This document shows positions 52,001-63,417 of a DNA stretch of 64,000 nt, piece by piece. The stretch spans positions 2,803,801-2,867,800 of the forward strand of contig OZ316891.1 in NCBI GenBank assembly GCA_973895155.1, in the 5' to 3' direction. The translations under genes and the position numbers were made by a program. This DNA comes from Marsupella aquatica. Taxonomy: Eukaryota > Plantae > Marchantiophyta. The notes under the pieces are model-generated. The model made no database searches, was not told the DNA's origin, and saw only the letters and a program-made list of their open reading frames with translations. Each line of letters begins with the position of its first letter. The stretch's first letter is position 1.

Positions 52001-52738
52001 TTAGAGGCAACAAAGTTGCAGTCTGTACAAGCAACTTGTTTGACAGAGGGCAGTCAACCATGTTTGGATGAGGATGACATTGGCAAGGGAGTGGATGATA
52101 TCAATGTTGGGGCAAATGAGGATATCAGCAAGCATGACAATGATACCATTGAGCCAGATTCATGCTATGTAGATCTTGACTCCATTGCAGAGATAAATGA
52201 TTTGCAGAATGTATCATTCTCAATGACAGGTGTGCCTCTTGTTGAGATAAATCCAACCAAAGAGCTAGTTGGTATGACACTCCCAGGTGATGAACCTGCT
52301 ACTGTGACAGTCCTAACAGAGGAACCTACTGAGCCTAGCTTCACTACTGTGAAGAGAGGAAGCATGCGCACACGAAGCAAGTCTGCTGGTGGGAGCAGAG
52401 TCACGTCAAAGGTTTCATACAAACCTCCAAGAACAGTGCTGGCAGAAAGATCTAAGGTGGAAGTGGGGAAAGCACCTAATGCTGAGGGACAAAGTGGCTT
52501 GTTAGTTGTTGATGAGAGTGGAACACGAGTAGGATTTGCCAGAGTGCAGGTTGGTTCCACAACGTTCCATGGCAAGAGGATTCCCCCAGGTTATTCAGTA
52601 GTGTTAGTCACATTACTAGTGAAACCTAAAGCTGTCCTTCCCATTCCAAACACAAATGATGATCCTCCTCAAAAGACACTTGGAGATGCTGCAGGTTCTT
52701 TGGTATTATGGCCAAGCAAGTTCATAGAGGATCCATAA
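49032..52738 (+). CDS. CACTA TnpA/TNP1-like protein (Ptta/En/Spm-type domain), 10 exons, ~876 aa, with one in-frame stop in exon 6
   Basis: Exons 49032-49144, 49251-49509, 49631-49853, 49993-50178, 50284-50355, 50464-50538, 50644-51206, 51348-51443, 51582-51828 and 51942-52738 are all phase-compatible. Motifs: EYERK...L.L start, W..LV.YF.T...KKKS...EAR..V.NP..TGR, and C-terminal HGKRIPPGY..V...LP.P..DD....LGDA.G..VLWP. TAG at 50496-50498. Confidence 0.8.
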
Positions 52739-53593
52739 CAATGTCATGCCATTATTTGTTTGTAGTGTGAGTCATGTTATGTAGATTTTAGATGTCAAGA
52801 AGCAGTACAAGAATCATGTCCTCTTGGAGATTCATAGTATCATGCATGTGCTTTCAGTTATCTCATCCTACAGTCATCAATTATGAGTTCCTGTTTTGTC
52901 TAAATTACATTGATCACATTGTAAACTATTCCATTGGAATTCAAATGATCTTCATTTTTTAGCAAGATTGTGATTGTGTTTAATTCTTATGAATGTTTTA
53001 TGTAGGATCTGCTTATATGATGCTTTGTTTCATGTGGATGTCATTCATGCTATGTTCATTTCTTGTATTCAATGTGTTATATTTCTAAAGTTAGAACATC
53101 AGGTTTCTATGTATTGTAATGTCGAGTGCTCTCTCTTCTTATGAACTGTCCCTCTGTGTTCATTAGTCATGGTTATAACTTGCATGTGAACCTTATTAGT
53201 TATAAACATGAGTATATAGAGTCCCAAATGGTTCTGTTGTGTGACGCGGGCCAGGGTCTCCATTGGTCTCTCCTGTGACACTAAATAGTCACACGCTAGT
53301 CGTTGTTGAATGCGGGTAAGTCATGTATGTGACTTACGATGTGACTCGCTGAAGTCATATTGCAGTCACGTCGAAACAAGGCTAGACTCCACAATAAAGT
53401 CACAGATCAGTCACAAATGGGTATCAAGCAAGTTGCAAAGCCCAGTATCAATAGTGACTTCCATTTTTTGGTCTCAACTTTTGCAACTCCAAGGGTCACA
53501 GCGTGGGTCAAGTCACGTTGAGTCACAATGAAGTCACATGAGCCAAAATGAGTCATATATTGCGGTCTCAGTTCACCTCGGATTCTTCTAGTG

Positions 53594-54074
53594 CTCGTAG
53601 GGGTCTGCAACTGAGGGTCAATCGTATGGAGGTGGCAATACAAAAACCACCTATCAACCCCGTGTGCAGAGTGGGAATAAATTTGGCGGTCACATGCATA
53701 CCCTTCTACCTCAAGGGCTAGTAAACACTCATGGTGCCAGGCTGTGGGACATCTGGGACAATGGACCATGTCTATCCAGTAGTCATCATCAGGCTCCCCA
53801 CAAGCAGGACAAATATGTAGTGGGCAAAGGGAGTTATCATGGGGCAGCCATGTCAAACAAAAAAAACGAACACAAAACCTGTCAGGACATTTCCACAGCT
53901 CTGGTTGATCCCCCCCAACAGTGCCATTTGTGCCACATTGAGCACACGTGCTGATATTAGTGGCACAATCAAAGCAAGTCCAAGCACCCCGATCGTCCCC
54001 CCGGACCCCAGGGCATGCATTTTGTGGTGCATAAGTGGACCAGGAATTGACATGGAATTGTCTCAGACAGGGAC
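53594..54074 (-). pseudogene. Second copy of the EDM2-like PHD cargo gene, frameshifted and truncated
   Basis: Reads PCLRQFHVN...NACPGV...WTCFDC...TCAQCG, then a frameshift, then KCPDRFCVRFFC...CPLHICPACGEPDDDYWIDMVHCPRCPTAWHHECL...EGYACDRQIYSHSAHGVDRWFLYCHLHTIDP..QTP. It stops at the TIR of element A. Confidence 0.9.
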
Positions 54075-54174
54075 ATAAAATCCAATCAAATATCCCAAAT
54101 AACCCCTAGCCTATCAACCCAACCCAGCCTTAACATCCTATCCACCACATCCTGTAAATTGGTTTGTCTTGTCA

Positions 54175-55545
54175 CACAGACCGAGAGAGAGCAAGGAGAG
54201 AATTTAGCAAGGAGAAAATTCTGCTCAGTGTTGAAGTAGTCCAACCGAAGCTGGTATAGACGTGCCACAAGACCCAGGACTCTAAGATTGGACACTCGAT
54301 TGCTAATCCTAAAAGATTGTGTAGAATAAAAGTGGACAATTGTTGGGCTAGCATTTTCATAGTTGAATAAAGGAATTCACAAGTCAGAGAACCCAGTACT
54401 TCCGCACAACACTTCCGCACACTAGAATACTAGTGTATGACATTAGAGCAATTGAAGCTCCACAGTCGAGGCAGAATGAAAGTGCCGACACTATACTATG
54501 ATCCAGTCTACACTTCCATAGTGAAATCCTGGCTCGACCCTGGCCCCGACCTGAGATTGCTATAGTGATGGGCATGCATAAGAGAGGGAGAGATTTCTGT
54601 ACATACTTGAGTATTGAGAGAGAGAGAATTCTGCAGCAAAGAAGATGATGGTGAGCAAAGACAAACAAACAGAGTACTGACAAAGTGGAGAGAGACACAC
54701 GGACGGAGAGAGAGCAAGGAGAGAATTAAGCAAGGAGAAAATTCTGCTCAGTGTTGAAGTAGTCAAACCAAAGCTGGTACAGACGTGCGAGAAGACCCAG
54801 GACTCTAAGATTGGACACTCGATTGCTAATCCTGAAAGATTGTGTGGAATAAAAGTGGACAATTGTTGGGCTAGCATTTTCACAGTTGAATAAAGGAATT
54901 CACAAGTCAAAGAACCCAGTAGAACTTAGTTGTAGAGTAGCATATTGAAGCAAACATGCGAGTCTACGAGCAGCAAATTAAAATATTGGCAATGGCAACA
55001 CAAACGCCCGACCCTGAGACCACCAGTGAAGACAAAGCAATGACAATGCAGAGGGCTCTGAGTGATTGCAGACCTCAGGAGTTGAGAAACCCTGGAATGA
55101 TTTCTTTGTGCCTAGCTTGGCAAAAGAGAAAGCTCTCGAACGGGTGGAAAATTGATCTGTAAGTGCCACAGACAGAGTGTGGCTCATCAATTCTGTGGCT
55201 CATCCGTTGTCCATGGAGGAGTACATTATAGAGTATCACATTTGACTAATGTCCTATACATGGAATACAGGACCGTTGAGTTGAAATCGCAGCTCAGCAA
55301 AGGCAAAGAAAAACCCCCCGCACCCCACCTTAGTTCTGCACAACACTTCCGCACACTAGAATACTAGTGTATAAGGATGGTGGGGATTCAAGCTTCACAG
55401 CCAAAGTAGAATAAAAGTGCCGACAATATACTTTGATCTACATTTCCATAGTGAAATCCAAGTTTGACCCCGGCCCCGACCTCAGATTGCTATAGTGATG
55501 GGCGTGCATAAGAGAGGGAGAGATTTTGTACGTGCTTGAGATTTT
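54175..55545. repeat. Mosaic direct duplications inside CACTA B
   Basis: A ~225 bp block at 54175-54399 is repeated at ~54697-54921. A ~200 bp block beginning CACAACACTTCCGCACACTAGAATACTAGTG at ~54405 is repeated at ~55339. Confidence 0.85.
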
Positions 55546-56494
55546 GTCTGCAGGAGAGAGGACAATGAAGAGCGGAGACGATGGACGAGCGAGACCGAGA
55601 GAGAGGGCGAGAGAGAGCGAGGAGAGAATTGAGCAAGAGAGGAAACCCTGTAGAACTCAGGGAACCCAGTAGAACTTAGCCCTACCGTAGCATATCAAAG
55701 AGAAAGAAAGCAAGGCAATAGCAGCAATCAGACCCTACCGAGAGACGGAGATGACCAGCACCGCAGCTCAACTTTGTAGAGGTGTTGGAGACTACGATGA
55801 CCACAGCTTAACACGAGCTTTGCCAAAGTCAACAAAGTAGCAACCCGCTCCTCCTGCTAAGCCGCGCTGCACCCTAGCTGATTCACAAAGACTACGGCAC
55901 CTTAGCTTCACGGATTGAGGTGGATTCAACAGCCATAGCGCAACGTGATAGACCTCAACTCCAATGCTACACAAGGCTTCGCGCAAGGCAAAGAGTAAGT
56001 CTAGGGCGCATTTGCGCATTGTCACTTTCTACAGGGAGCAAGCATTGTGATAGCAGACATGCAAAGCTCCATTCCAATGCTGCGCATGGCAAAGTCAGAG
56101 GTAAGTACTTACAAAGCAGATGGCGGAAGACGGACCCCCACACCACAAACTTATGCTCCGACCCTAAAATAACTGACCGCAATGCCCCCGCAATGCCTTC
56201 GGGGAGCACTCGCTCTCGCACTTAGCACTCGACTGAAAATCGCTGCCGTTGCGCTTCAAGTGTGGTCGTAAACACTTCCGCCTTCCTAAAAGCTCTAGTA
56301 AGAGTGGTAGCGAGAAGAAATCCCGACACACTCCTCATTTGCTCCTCCTCCCTCCTTGATCAATCGACTATCAACTATCGATAGTCACCTCATTCGCTCC
56401 TCCTCCCCTCCCCTCCCCTCGCTAAACCCTCTCTGCGGACGAAGACCTTAAACTTTCGCTCCCGCGCACAAGGGTGGAGAGTACTAATGTACTC

Positions 56495-56652
56495 AGCCAG
56501 TGACATGTAAGGGAGCCAGTTACATGCAAGGGGCTCATATAAAGGAGCCAATGACATGTAAGGGGCTGATGTAAAGGAGCCAATGACATGTAAGGGAGCC
56601 AGTGACATGCAAGGGGCTCATGTAAAGGAGCCAGTGACATGTAAGGGGCTCA
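56495..56652. repeat. Minisatellite built from GAGCCA(G/A)TGACATG(T/C)AAGG units
   Basis: Six copies of AGCCARTKACATGYAAGGG, interspersed with GCTCATGTAAAGG-like spacers. Confidence 0.9.
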
Positions 56653-56927
56653 CCTAATACCTCTACTATTTGAGACTTTCTCACATTAAAAGCTTGAATG
56701 TTTGGCAATTGGTGATTAGCACTCACTCACATAAGTACTTAGCACTAAGACATTTGGCTTGGATAGTGGACCTGCCATTTTCCTTATGAAGGAGTCGCAA
56801 CAAATGAGTGGATAGTTTGTAGAAGTGATACTTAAGATATATGTAGTGATAACTCCCTAAACTTCCATAACCTTGTCACATTAGTCAATAGTGGTTTGGT
56901 CAAAAATAGGGGGTACTTCTACTAGTG

Positions 56928-57559
56928 CATGATTCACATTCAAGGTAGCACCAGATGATGATGCTATCTAGGCTTGACCCATTTCTTTTATGCATCATCT
57001 GACAGCAAAGAACTTACCACCTCATCGTATGAAATAGACTTCAGGTCTCTACACAAGAGAACTTGCTTCAAACCCTGATAAGATGGGGGTAAGGATTTGA
57101 GAAGAAGCAAGGCCTTGTCCTCTTCTTCAACGCCCTTACCGAGATTAGATAAATCAATAGCTAGGCTGTCAAATTCATCCAAGTGACCGTGGAGCTTGTT
57201 CCTCTTTTGAGCCTAAGGCTCATCGAGAGAGACCTCTTGTACAATCGATCTGATGCATCTGACTTCTCCCTTAGGGCTTTGAATAGAGATGCACAATCCG
57301 CGTAGTTATCCAACTTCTTGATGATATATATGCGGCTTTAGATAAAGCATCATCCAATTCACTACAATTACTTATTCTTGCCTCCACCTCTTGAGTGGAA
57401 TCTCCTCCTCATCATCGTATACATCTCTCGTGTAGAGAGAAGATGATCTAGGCCCATAGCGCAAAGAACTTCTTTCACTTGCTTCTCCCAGAGCAAGTAG
57501 TCCGTACGCCCATCATACTTTTCCACCTCAAACTTGACACCTCCAAACTTGGATGTCAT
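56928..57559 (-). mobile_element. Ty1/Copia gag N-terminal fragment
   Basis: Reads KFEVEKYDGRTDYLLWEKQVKEVL and DEFDSLAIDLSNLG..VEEEDKALLLLKSLPPSYQGLKQVLL. It is the same family as the gag at 62435-62820 and is broken by the CACTA B terminus. Confidence 0.85.
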
Positions 57560-58199
57560 TTGTTTGTCCTTCACAATCCCCTCTACTTGTTGCATCGGTG
57601 ATCATACTGGTGTCACGTGCGCTTACTTCTACTCCTCTCTCTCCTCCTCAAACCGTTGTGATGATCCTCGTGCTTCACGATCCACTTCTTCAAAAATCTC
57701 ATCTGAATCACTCATGTGAGAATGCAAGAAAAAATGACGTTTTTTCAACTTTAAAAAAAAACTCAAAAATTATCACCATCGCGTAGCCCACAAGCCTAGC
57801 CCAATGCTGAAAACCAAAATCAAAACAGAACTCCGACGTAAAACTTATTCACTTTTTGGTCGGGGTGGGTAAAACTTAAAATTCTCCCCCGTTTTGACCA
57901 CCTCAGGGAATAACCAAAATATGAACGAGTACTCAACGTTGGAAACATAATTCAATTGGTGCACCGCATGGCCAACTCCGATGGCTACCTCCTTGCCAAA
58001 GATGAACAAAAAAGTTATCATTCGGAGGACGGAATCTTTGATGGACGGCCAAAAACACGCTCTCTGTTTTTGGGGGAATATTCTTGCATAGAGCAACAGG
58101 GCTCACAAGGGGCCGTTCCCTCTGTCCAAGTGGTTAAAGTAGAGGGCGGTAGGTCCCAAAATATGGCTACCAATAAAAAACTAGGGAAAACTACTCAAG

Positions 58200-58523
58200 G
58201 TCTAGGGTTATGACATGTAACCATAGTTAGACTAACCATAGTCGGAGACGTGATTAGGTTAACTAGGATGCACCCTATATGCCAAGCGGTGTTTGCTTGG
58301 ATAAGTGGAACTTAGGCTCATTGTTATAGAGCCACTTGAGAGATGAGGAGAGCTTACACTGTGAAAACTTGGTATGGCGAACGGACTTAGAGTTCTGTAA
58401 AGCTCTCTTGTGTGTTCCCGTGGACGTAGCCTCGAAGAGGTGAATCACATATCTCTTGTGTCAACTACTTGCGCGTTGGATGTGTCATGTGCTTACCGTT
58501 GCCATCATCGTCTATGCTTAACA
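58200..58523 (+). repeat. 5'-eroded Copia LTR (probably solo), homologous to 59629-59972 but inverted
   Basis: Shares AACCATAGTTAG.CTAAC, GTGGAACTTAGGCTCATTGTTA, CTTGGTATGGC, GTAAAGCTCT, CGTGGAC.TAG and the terminal GTCTATGCTTAACA with the reverse complement of 59629-59972. No PBS follows it. Confidence 0.8.
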
Positions 58524-59160
58524 AATGCACAACAAAATTGATGTATACATGTTATTCAAATCAAAATACAAAATAATTGTATTCATTAAAACTGGAATTA
58601 TAAAGGATATAGGGAAATTTGGATATTTAAAAACATAGTTTTAGACATGAAAATTGTGAATTTGGAAGATGAAAAATGAAAATTCAAGCATCATTAAATG
58701 TAAATTTGTGGACAAAAAATGAAATTTTGGGGACAATAAAATATTAAATTGGATTATATTAGAAAACATTTGGGTGATAAAAGTGTTCATTTGGTTGGAA
58801 AATAGATAGAATCTAGTAATAACATATAAACTTGGATATCATTATCTTCAAAACATTTAGCTTGGGTAAGATATCTAACTAAGCAACAATGCAATGGAAT
58901 AACTATACTGTCTAGACAAAGTTAACTAGGATGATATCCAACCTACTAGAAGGAATGATATGGCATATTTTCAAGAATTAAAATGTACTAAGACAAATAA
59001 AATATTAATTATAAGAAAGTCCATTCAATAACTTTGAGAGATCATAGAGTACTAATTTGATTACAGTCTTGTTCTCTCACTTTAGTCAAATGCATGGAAA
59101 TCAACTCGACCCTCTTAATCACAAGTCATTGAGTGGAGACTTGTGGCCTACTCTATCAAT

Positions 59161-59628
59161 CTACTCATCAATACCGTCTATGTAAATTTTGAGAGTTTAC
59201 AAAACATTCTTGGGAATTGTCAAACTTCTATCCATAATATTATGTTCTTTAGCACATGACTTAAACCCATACATTACAGAATTTGCAAACTACCAACTTT
59301 GAGCAACATTGTCAAACCCAGGGATCCAACTCCCAAGTCGTAGTGGTCTGAAAGCAATGTTCATATCGAACATCATCCTTTGCATCATGCTTACCATGTT
59401 TAGGCCTCCACCATTGTACTTGGAACATAGGAGCATTTCTCTCAGGGATGCTCTCAACAGACATTGAAGAAGACCCTTCAATATGTTGCAAATCTGTTGA
59501 TGAAACTTCATGGTTTGGATTCACAACACCCAAAGCTCGAACCAACCAAAAATGCCCTTTGCCATTTTCCTGTTCCCATTCTTTCTCTGGACGTAAAAAA
59601 ACAAAGTGACCTTTTTGAATATCTTGTA
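59161..59628 (-). pseudogene. Decayed C-terminal fragment of an uncharacterised, probably DNA-transposon-encoded protein
   Basis: Reads IQKGHFVFLRP...HFWLVRA...FQVQWWRP...YEHCF...WELDP, then a frameshift, then GFDNVAQSW*..SVMYGF...LTIPK. It is cut by the Copia LTR at 59629. The resemblance to tails of DUF7869-type transposon proteins is from memory only. Confidence 0.4.
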
Positions 59629-62600
59629 TGTTAAGCATAGACGACATTCGCAATGGCAAGCCCATGAACCATCCAACGCACAATAGTCGACACATAGAGA
59701 TACGTGGTTCACATCCACATGAGACTATGTCCACGAGAACACACCAGAGCTTTACTGCACTCTAGGCCGACCGGCCATACCAAGCATCCACAGCACAAGC
59801 TCTCCCTATCTCTCAACTAGCTCCGTAACAATGAGCCTAAGTTCCACCAGGGTCTGGCATCAGCCCTGGCTATATGCACAACAGCACTACCGCTAACATT
59901 AGCTAAGTCCTAACCAAAGTTAGACTAACTATGGTTAGCTCATGAGTCACAAGACTAGAGCAATATCTAACAAACTCCCCCTTGACTCTTGTCTTGGGGA
60001 CTGAACTAAATGCTACCATATGGAATCCTCAGCAGGAAGTTCTAGACAATCACCAAACCAGGTCTCCCCCTAAAAACCATAAGGGTTAACTAAGGGTTAA
60101 CTAGAACTAAGCCAAACAGGAATGAGTAATCCATATACAAATAGTCACACATTGCTAAATAACTCTACTTGCACTACAACTGCAAAACCTATAAAGTAGC
60201 ACGGTGTCTTGAGAAACTCTCCAAAGGATACACTTTGGTAAAGGCATCAACGGGATTGAGTTTTCCATCAATCTTGACTAGCTCAAAAATTTTAAAATTT
60301 TTATCAGACACTGCTTGCCTAATAAAATGATACCTGATATCAATGTGCTTCATCCTGATATCCATCACTTGGTTAGCAGCCAAGTGAAGAGCACTCTGAC
60401 CCATCTCCGCGATCAATTTGTCCAACCAAATTGCCAAATTGGGGAATACTTAGCTATCGGTGAAAAAACCAGACCAAAAAACACAACAAGCTGACACAAG
60501 ATCCAAATTGTGGAATACTTAGCCACCGGTGAAAAAACCTCATTATAATCAACTCCTTTCTCTTGAGTGAATCCCTTGGCAACAAGCCTTGCCTTGTAGA
60601 TCTTATCTCCACCCTCTGAAGGACTGTCCTTTAACTTGTAAATCCACTTGCTGTCCATCACTTGCTGACCTCTTGGAAGCTCCACGAGCTCCTATGTCTT
60701 GTTGTCACTCAAAGATTGCAACTCCCTCTGCATTGTTGCATTCCGCTCATGCTATACTCTGAAGCACAAGCCTCACTGTACGAAGAAGGCTCTCCTTCTT
60801 CCAAGATCAAAGCCATATCATCTTCATTAGGTACAATATCAATATCATCTAACTTAGATGAGTCTACCCATTGACCATACCTGGTAGGAGCTCTAGTAGA
60901 ATGACTGGAAGTTCTTCTAGTAGATGACTCAGGCTGATCTGCGCTGCTGCTGGCTGAATTTGAGGTACCCCAGCAACAATCTGCTCCTTTTGTTCCATCA
61001 CAGGAACCAGCTCCAAGCCCGGAGCTTCTGCATCTCTCCTGTCATGAACAACATCATGACTAATCTCCCCTTCAACCCGGTCCGGGATGGGAGATTTCCC
61101 CTTGTCAATATGGGAGTCCTGAGAACTCTCCCCCTCTTTTGATGATCTGGATTCATTAAAGGACATATCTCTACTGACCATTAGTTTACAGGTTACTGGA
61201 TCCCATAACCTATAACCCTTCACAGCTTTCTGATAGCCAAGGAAAATGCACTTTTTTGACTTGGACTCCAACTTGGATCAAAGCTGGGAAGGTGTAAGCA
61301 CATAAGCATCACATCCAAAAATCCTCAGATGTGAGTAATCCATTGGACGCACGTACCTCATTTCAAATGGCGTCTTGAATCTAATAGAACTGGATGGAGA
61401 AAAATTTACCAAATAAGCTGTAGTGCTGACAGCTTCAACCCAAAACTCATGTGGTAAATATGATTGACTTAACATACTCCTCAAGCGGTCCAATAGTGTT
61501 CGATTGAGTCTCTCAGAAACACCATTCTGCTGAGGAATATAACTTGTTGTGAGATGGCGGGTAATCCCCTGCTCCTTACAATACATTCCAAATTCCTTGG
61601 AACTGTATTCACCGCCGTTATTTGATCAAAGATATCTCACCTTATTACTAGTTTGATTCTCAACTTGGGCTTTCCACTCTTTAAAGGTGGCAAAAACATC
61701 AGACTTACTATGTAGAAAGTATATCCACACATACCTTGACTATTCGTCTATGAACGTGACATAGTATAACCGTCCAGAATGTGAGGGAGTAGGGGCTGGA
61801 CCCCACACATCACTATGTACGTACTCAAGTACCTCATTGCTGGTTTGAGTTCCAACTCTAAAGGGTTTCCTATGCTGCTTCCCAAGCACACAATGCTCAC
61901 AGAATTCCAACTTACAAGATTGCAAATTAGAAAGTAATCCTTTCTTCTGAAGAATAACCAAACCTTTTTCACTCATGTGGCCCAAACGGAAGTGTCGTAG
62001 GCCGTCTCCTCATGAGACAAGGTTACATTGGCTTTATCACAGACTACATTGCCCTCCAAAACGTATAGATTATTATGTCTCTTTCCCTTCAATACAACTT
62101 TAGTACCAGTTGAAACCTGAAGGACACCATTAGTAGAACTCCACTGATGGCCATTTGCTTCTAAAACTCCAAGTGAAATGAGATTTTCCATCATGCTGAG
62201 AATATGTCTCACATTCCTCAACGTTCTTACAGCACCATCAAACATCTAAAATCTTACAGATCCAAGTCCAACAACTTGACATGGGATTCCATTTCCCATC
62301 AACACTGACCCGTTGGAAACCATGTAAGAACTGAAAAAATCTCTCCTAGAGCAAATGTGAAAAGTACATGCACTATCTAGAATCTAGTCATCACTACCTG
62401 GATTTGACACTACGTTGAGAGCATAACCTTGGCATCACAATATGTCATCATCATCGAGTAAATCTACCTCATGCGAGCTTGATGCTGCATTTGCTGATGC
62501 AATAGGGTTTTTTACTCGACAATCCCTTTTCATGTGGCTAGGCTTGCCACAATTCCAACATGCAAGAGGCTTCCTTTCTTGCAATTTTGCTCTAGATTTA

Positions 62601-62820
62601 GATGTCCTCCGTGATGTAGATCTAAACCTGTTCTGCCCATTTGAGCGCTGCACTGCTCTCCCACGGTTCACGTTCAGCGTAGTGCCAGAAGAAGATGCTG
62701 TCTGTGATTGACCCAACTTCTTCTGAGCATTATCAAACAATAAAGAGCTCACCACCTCATTATACAAATGGACTTCAGATTTCTGTATAAGAGCACCTGT
62801 TTCAAGCCCTGGTATGACGG
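59629..62820 (-). mobile_element. Decayed Ty1/Copia LTR retrotransposon (gag-PR-INT-RT-RH plus 3' LTR), 5'-truncated
   Basis: Zinc knuckle CWNCGKPSHMKRDC, protease ILDSACTFH, HMSEKGL..CEHC, integrase VHSDVWGPA / NGGEY / PQQNGVSER, RT YKARLVAKGFTQEKGVDYNEVFSPV, RNase H KHIDIRYHFIR. PPT AAGGGGGAG lies next to the TG...CA LTR at 59972-59629. Many stops and frameshifts; most of RT is deleted. Confidence 0.93.
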
Positions 62821-62948
62821 CGATGTCATAATTTTCTCTTAAGTTATAAAAAATTGTTTGTTTTAATATGCTATAGATTATATAAGTAATTTAGTAGTTA
62901 GATTATTAAGTTTAGATTTTATTAAAACTCTTTAGCTATATTAACGGA

Positions 62949-63180
62949 CTATAGTAGTTCCACCAATGCATATGAGTAGTTCCACCAACTACAATAATAT
63001 TTACCAACGCATAGTAGTTCTACCAACGCACAGTAGGTCCACCAGCGCATAGTAGTTCTACCAACTACAGTAGTTTTACCAACGCACAGTAGTTCTACCG
63101 ACGCACAGTAGGTCCACCAACGTATAGTAGTTCCACCAACGCATGATAGTTCCACCTACTAAAAGTAGTTTCACCAACTA
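62949..63180. repeat. ~19 bp minisatellite (ATAGTAGTTCCACCAACGC-like)
   Basis: About 11-12 diverged tandem copies of AGTAG(T/G)T(C/T)(C/T)ACCAAC. Confidence 0.9.
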
Positions 63181-63417
63181 TGAACAATACTAGCACACTC
63201 TTAGGTATTAGATGTTTGACACTTGGCCTTCATCCAAGTGCTTGGGCTTGATCCATGCCCTCTTGGTGTGCACTATAAATAAAGTGGTGAGGGGCACTCT
63301 CCCCTCATTCCGCAGTGTTTATCATTCAAGATTGGGAAGCTCTTTTGTGCCTTGAACATAGTAGTGGGGCGTCCTTTGGCCCGGATAGCAAAGGAATGAG
63401 TGGTAGACTTATAGATG

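Larger units (their letters stand above)
35047..53593 (+). mobile_element. CACTA (En/Spm) DNA transposon A, ~18.5 kb, with cargo genes
   Basis: Left TIR CACTAGAAGAAACCG (35047) and right TIR CGGATTCTTCTAGTG (ends 53593) match at 14 of 15 positions. GTGACT/AGTCAC/GAGACC subterminal motifs occur at both ends, and TnpD- and TnpA-like genes lie inside. The flanking 3-mers differ (TGA vs CTC). Confidence 0.85.
53594..56927 (-). mobile_element. Truncated CACTA element B in the opposite orientation
   Basis: Terminal TACTTCTACTAGTG ends at 56927 (CACTAGTAGAAG on the minus strand) and interrupts a Copia gag. It carries a paralog of the EDM2-like PHD gene and is cut by the right TIR of element A. Confidence 0.7.

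Noticed and set aside
58161-58175. TGGTAGCC (minus strand) as primer-binding site for the 57 kb gag fragment
   Set aside because: Not preceded by an LTR ending in CA in that orientation, and not a clear tRNA 3' complement.
56495-63180. Short repeat arrays (56495-56652, 62949-63180) as CRISPR-like arrays
   Set aside because: Head-to-tail minisatellites without unique spacers, in eukaryotic DNA with no cas genes.
56928-63417. CAT after the B terminus and ATG before the C terminus as a shared TSD
   Set aside because: They are reverse complements rather than direct repeats, and the termini face away from each other. A 3 bp coincidence is likely.
63200-63417. Possible LTR fragment (TATAAATA) interrupted by CACTA C
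   Set aside because: No second copy, PBS or PPT in the window to confirm it.
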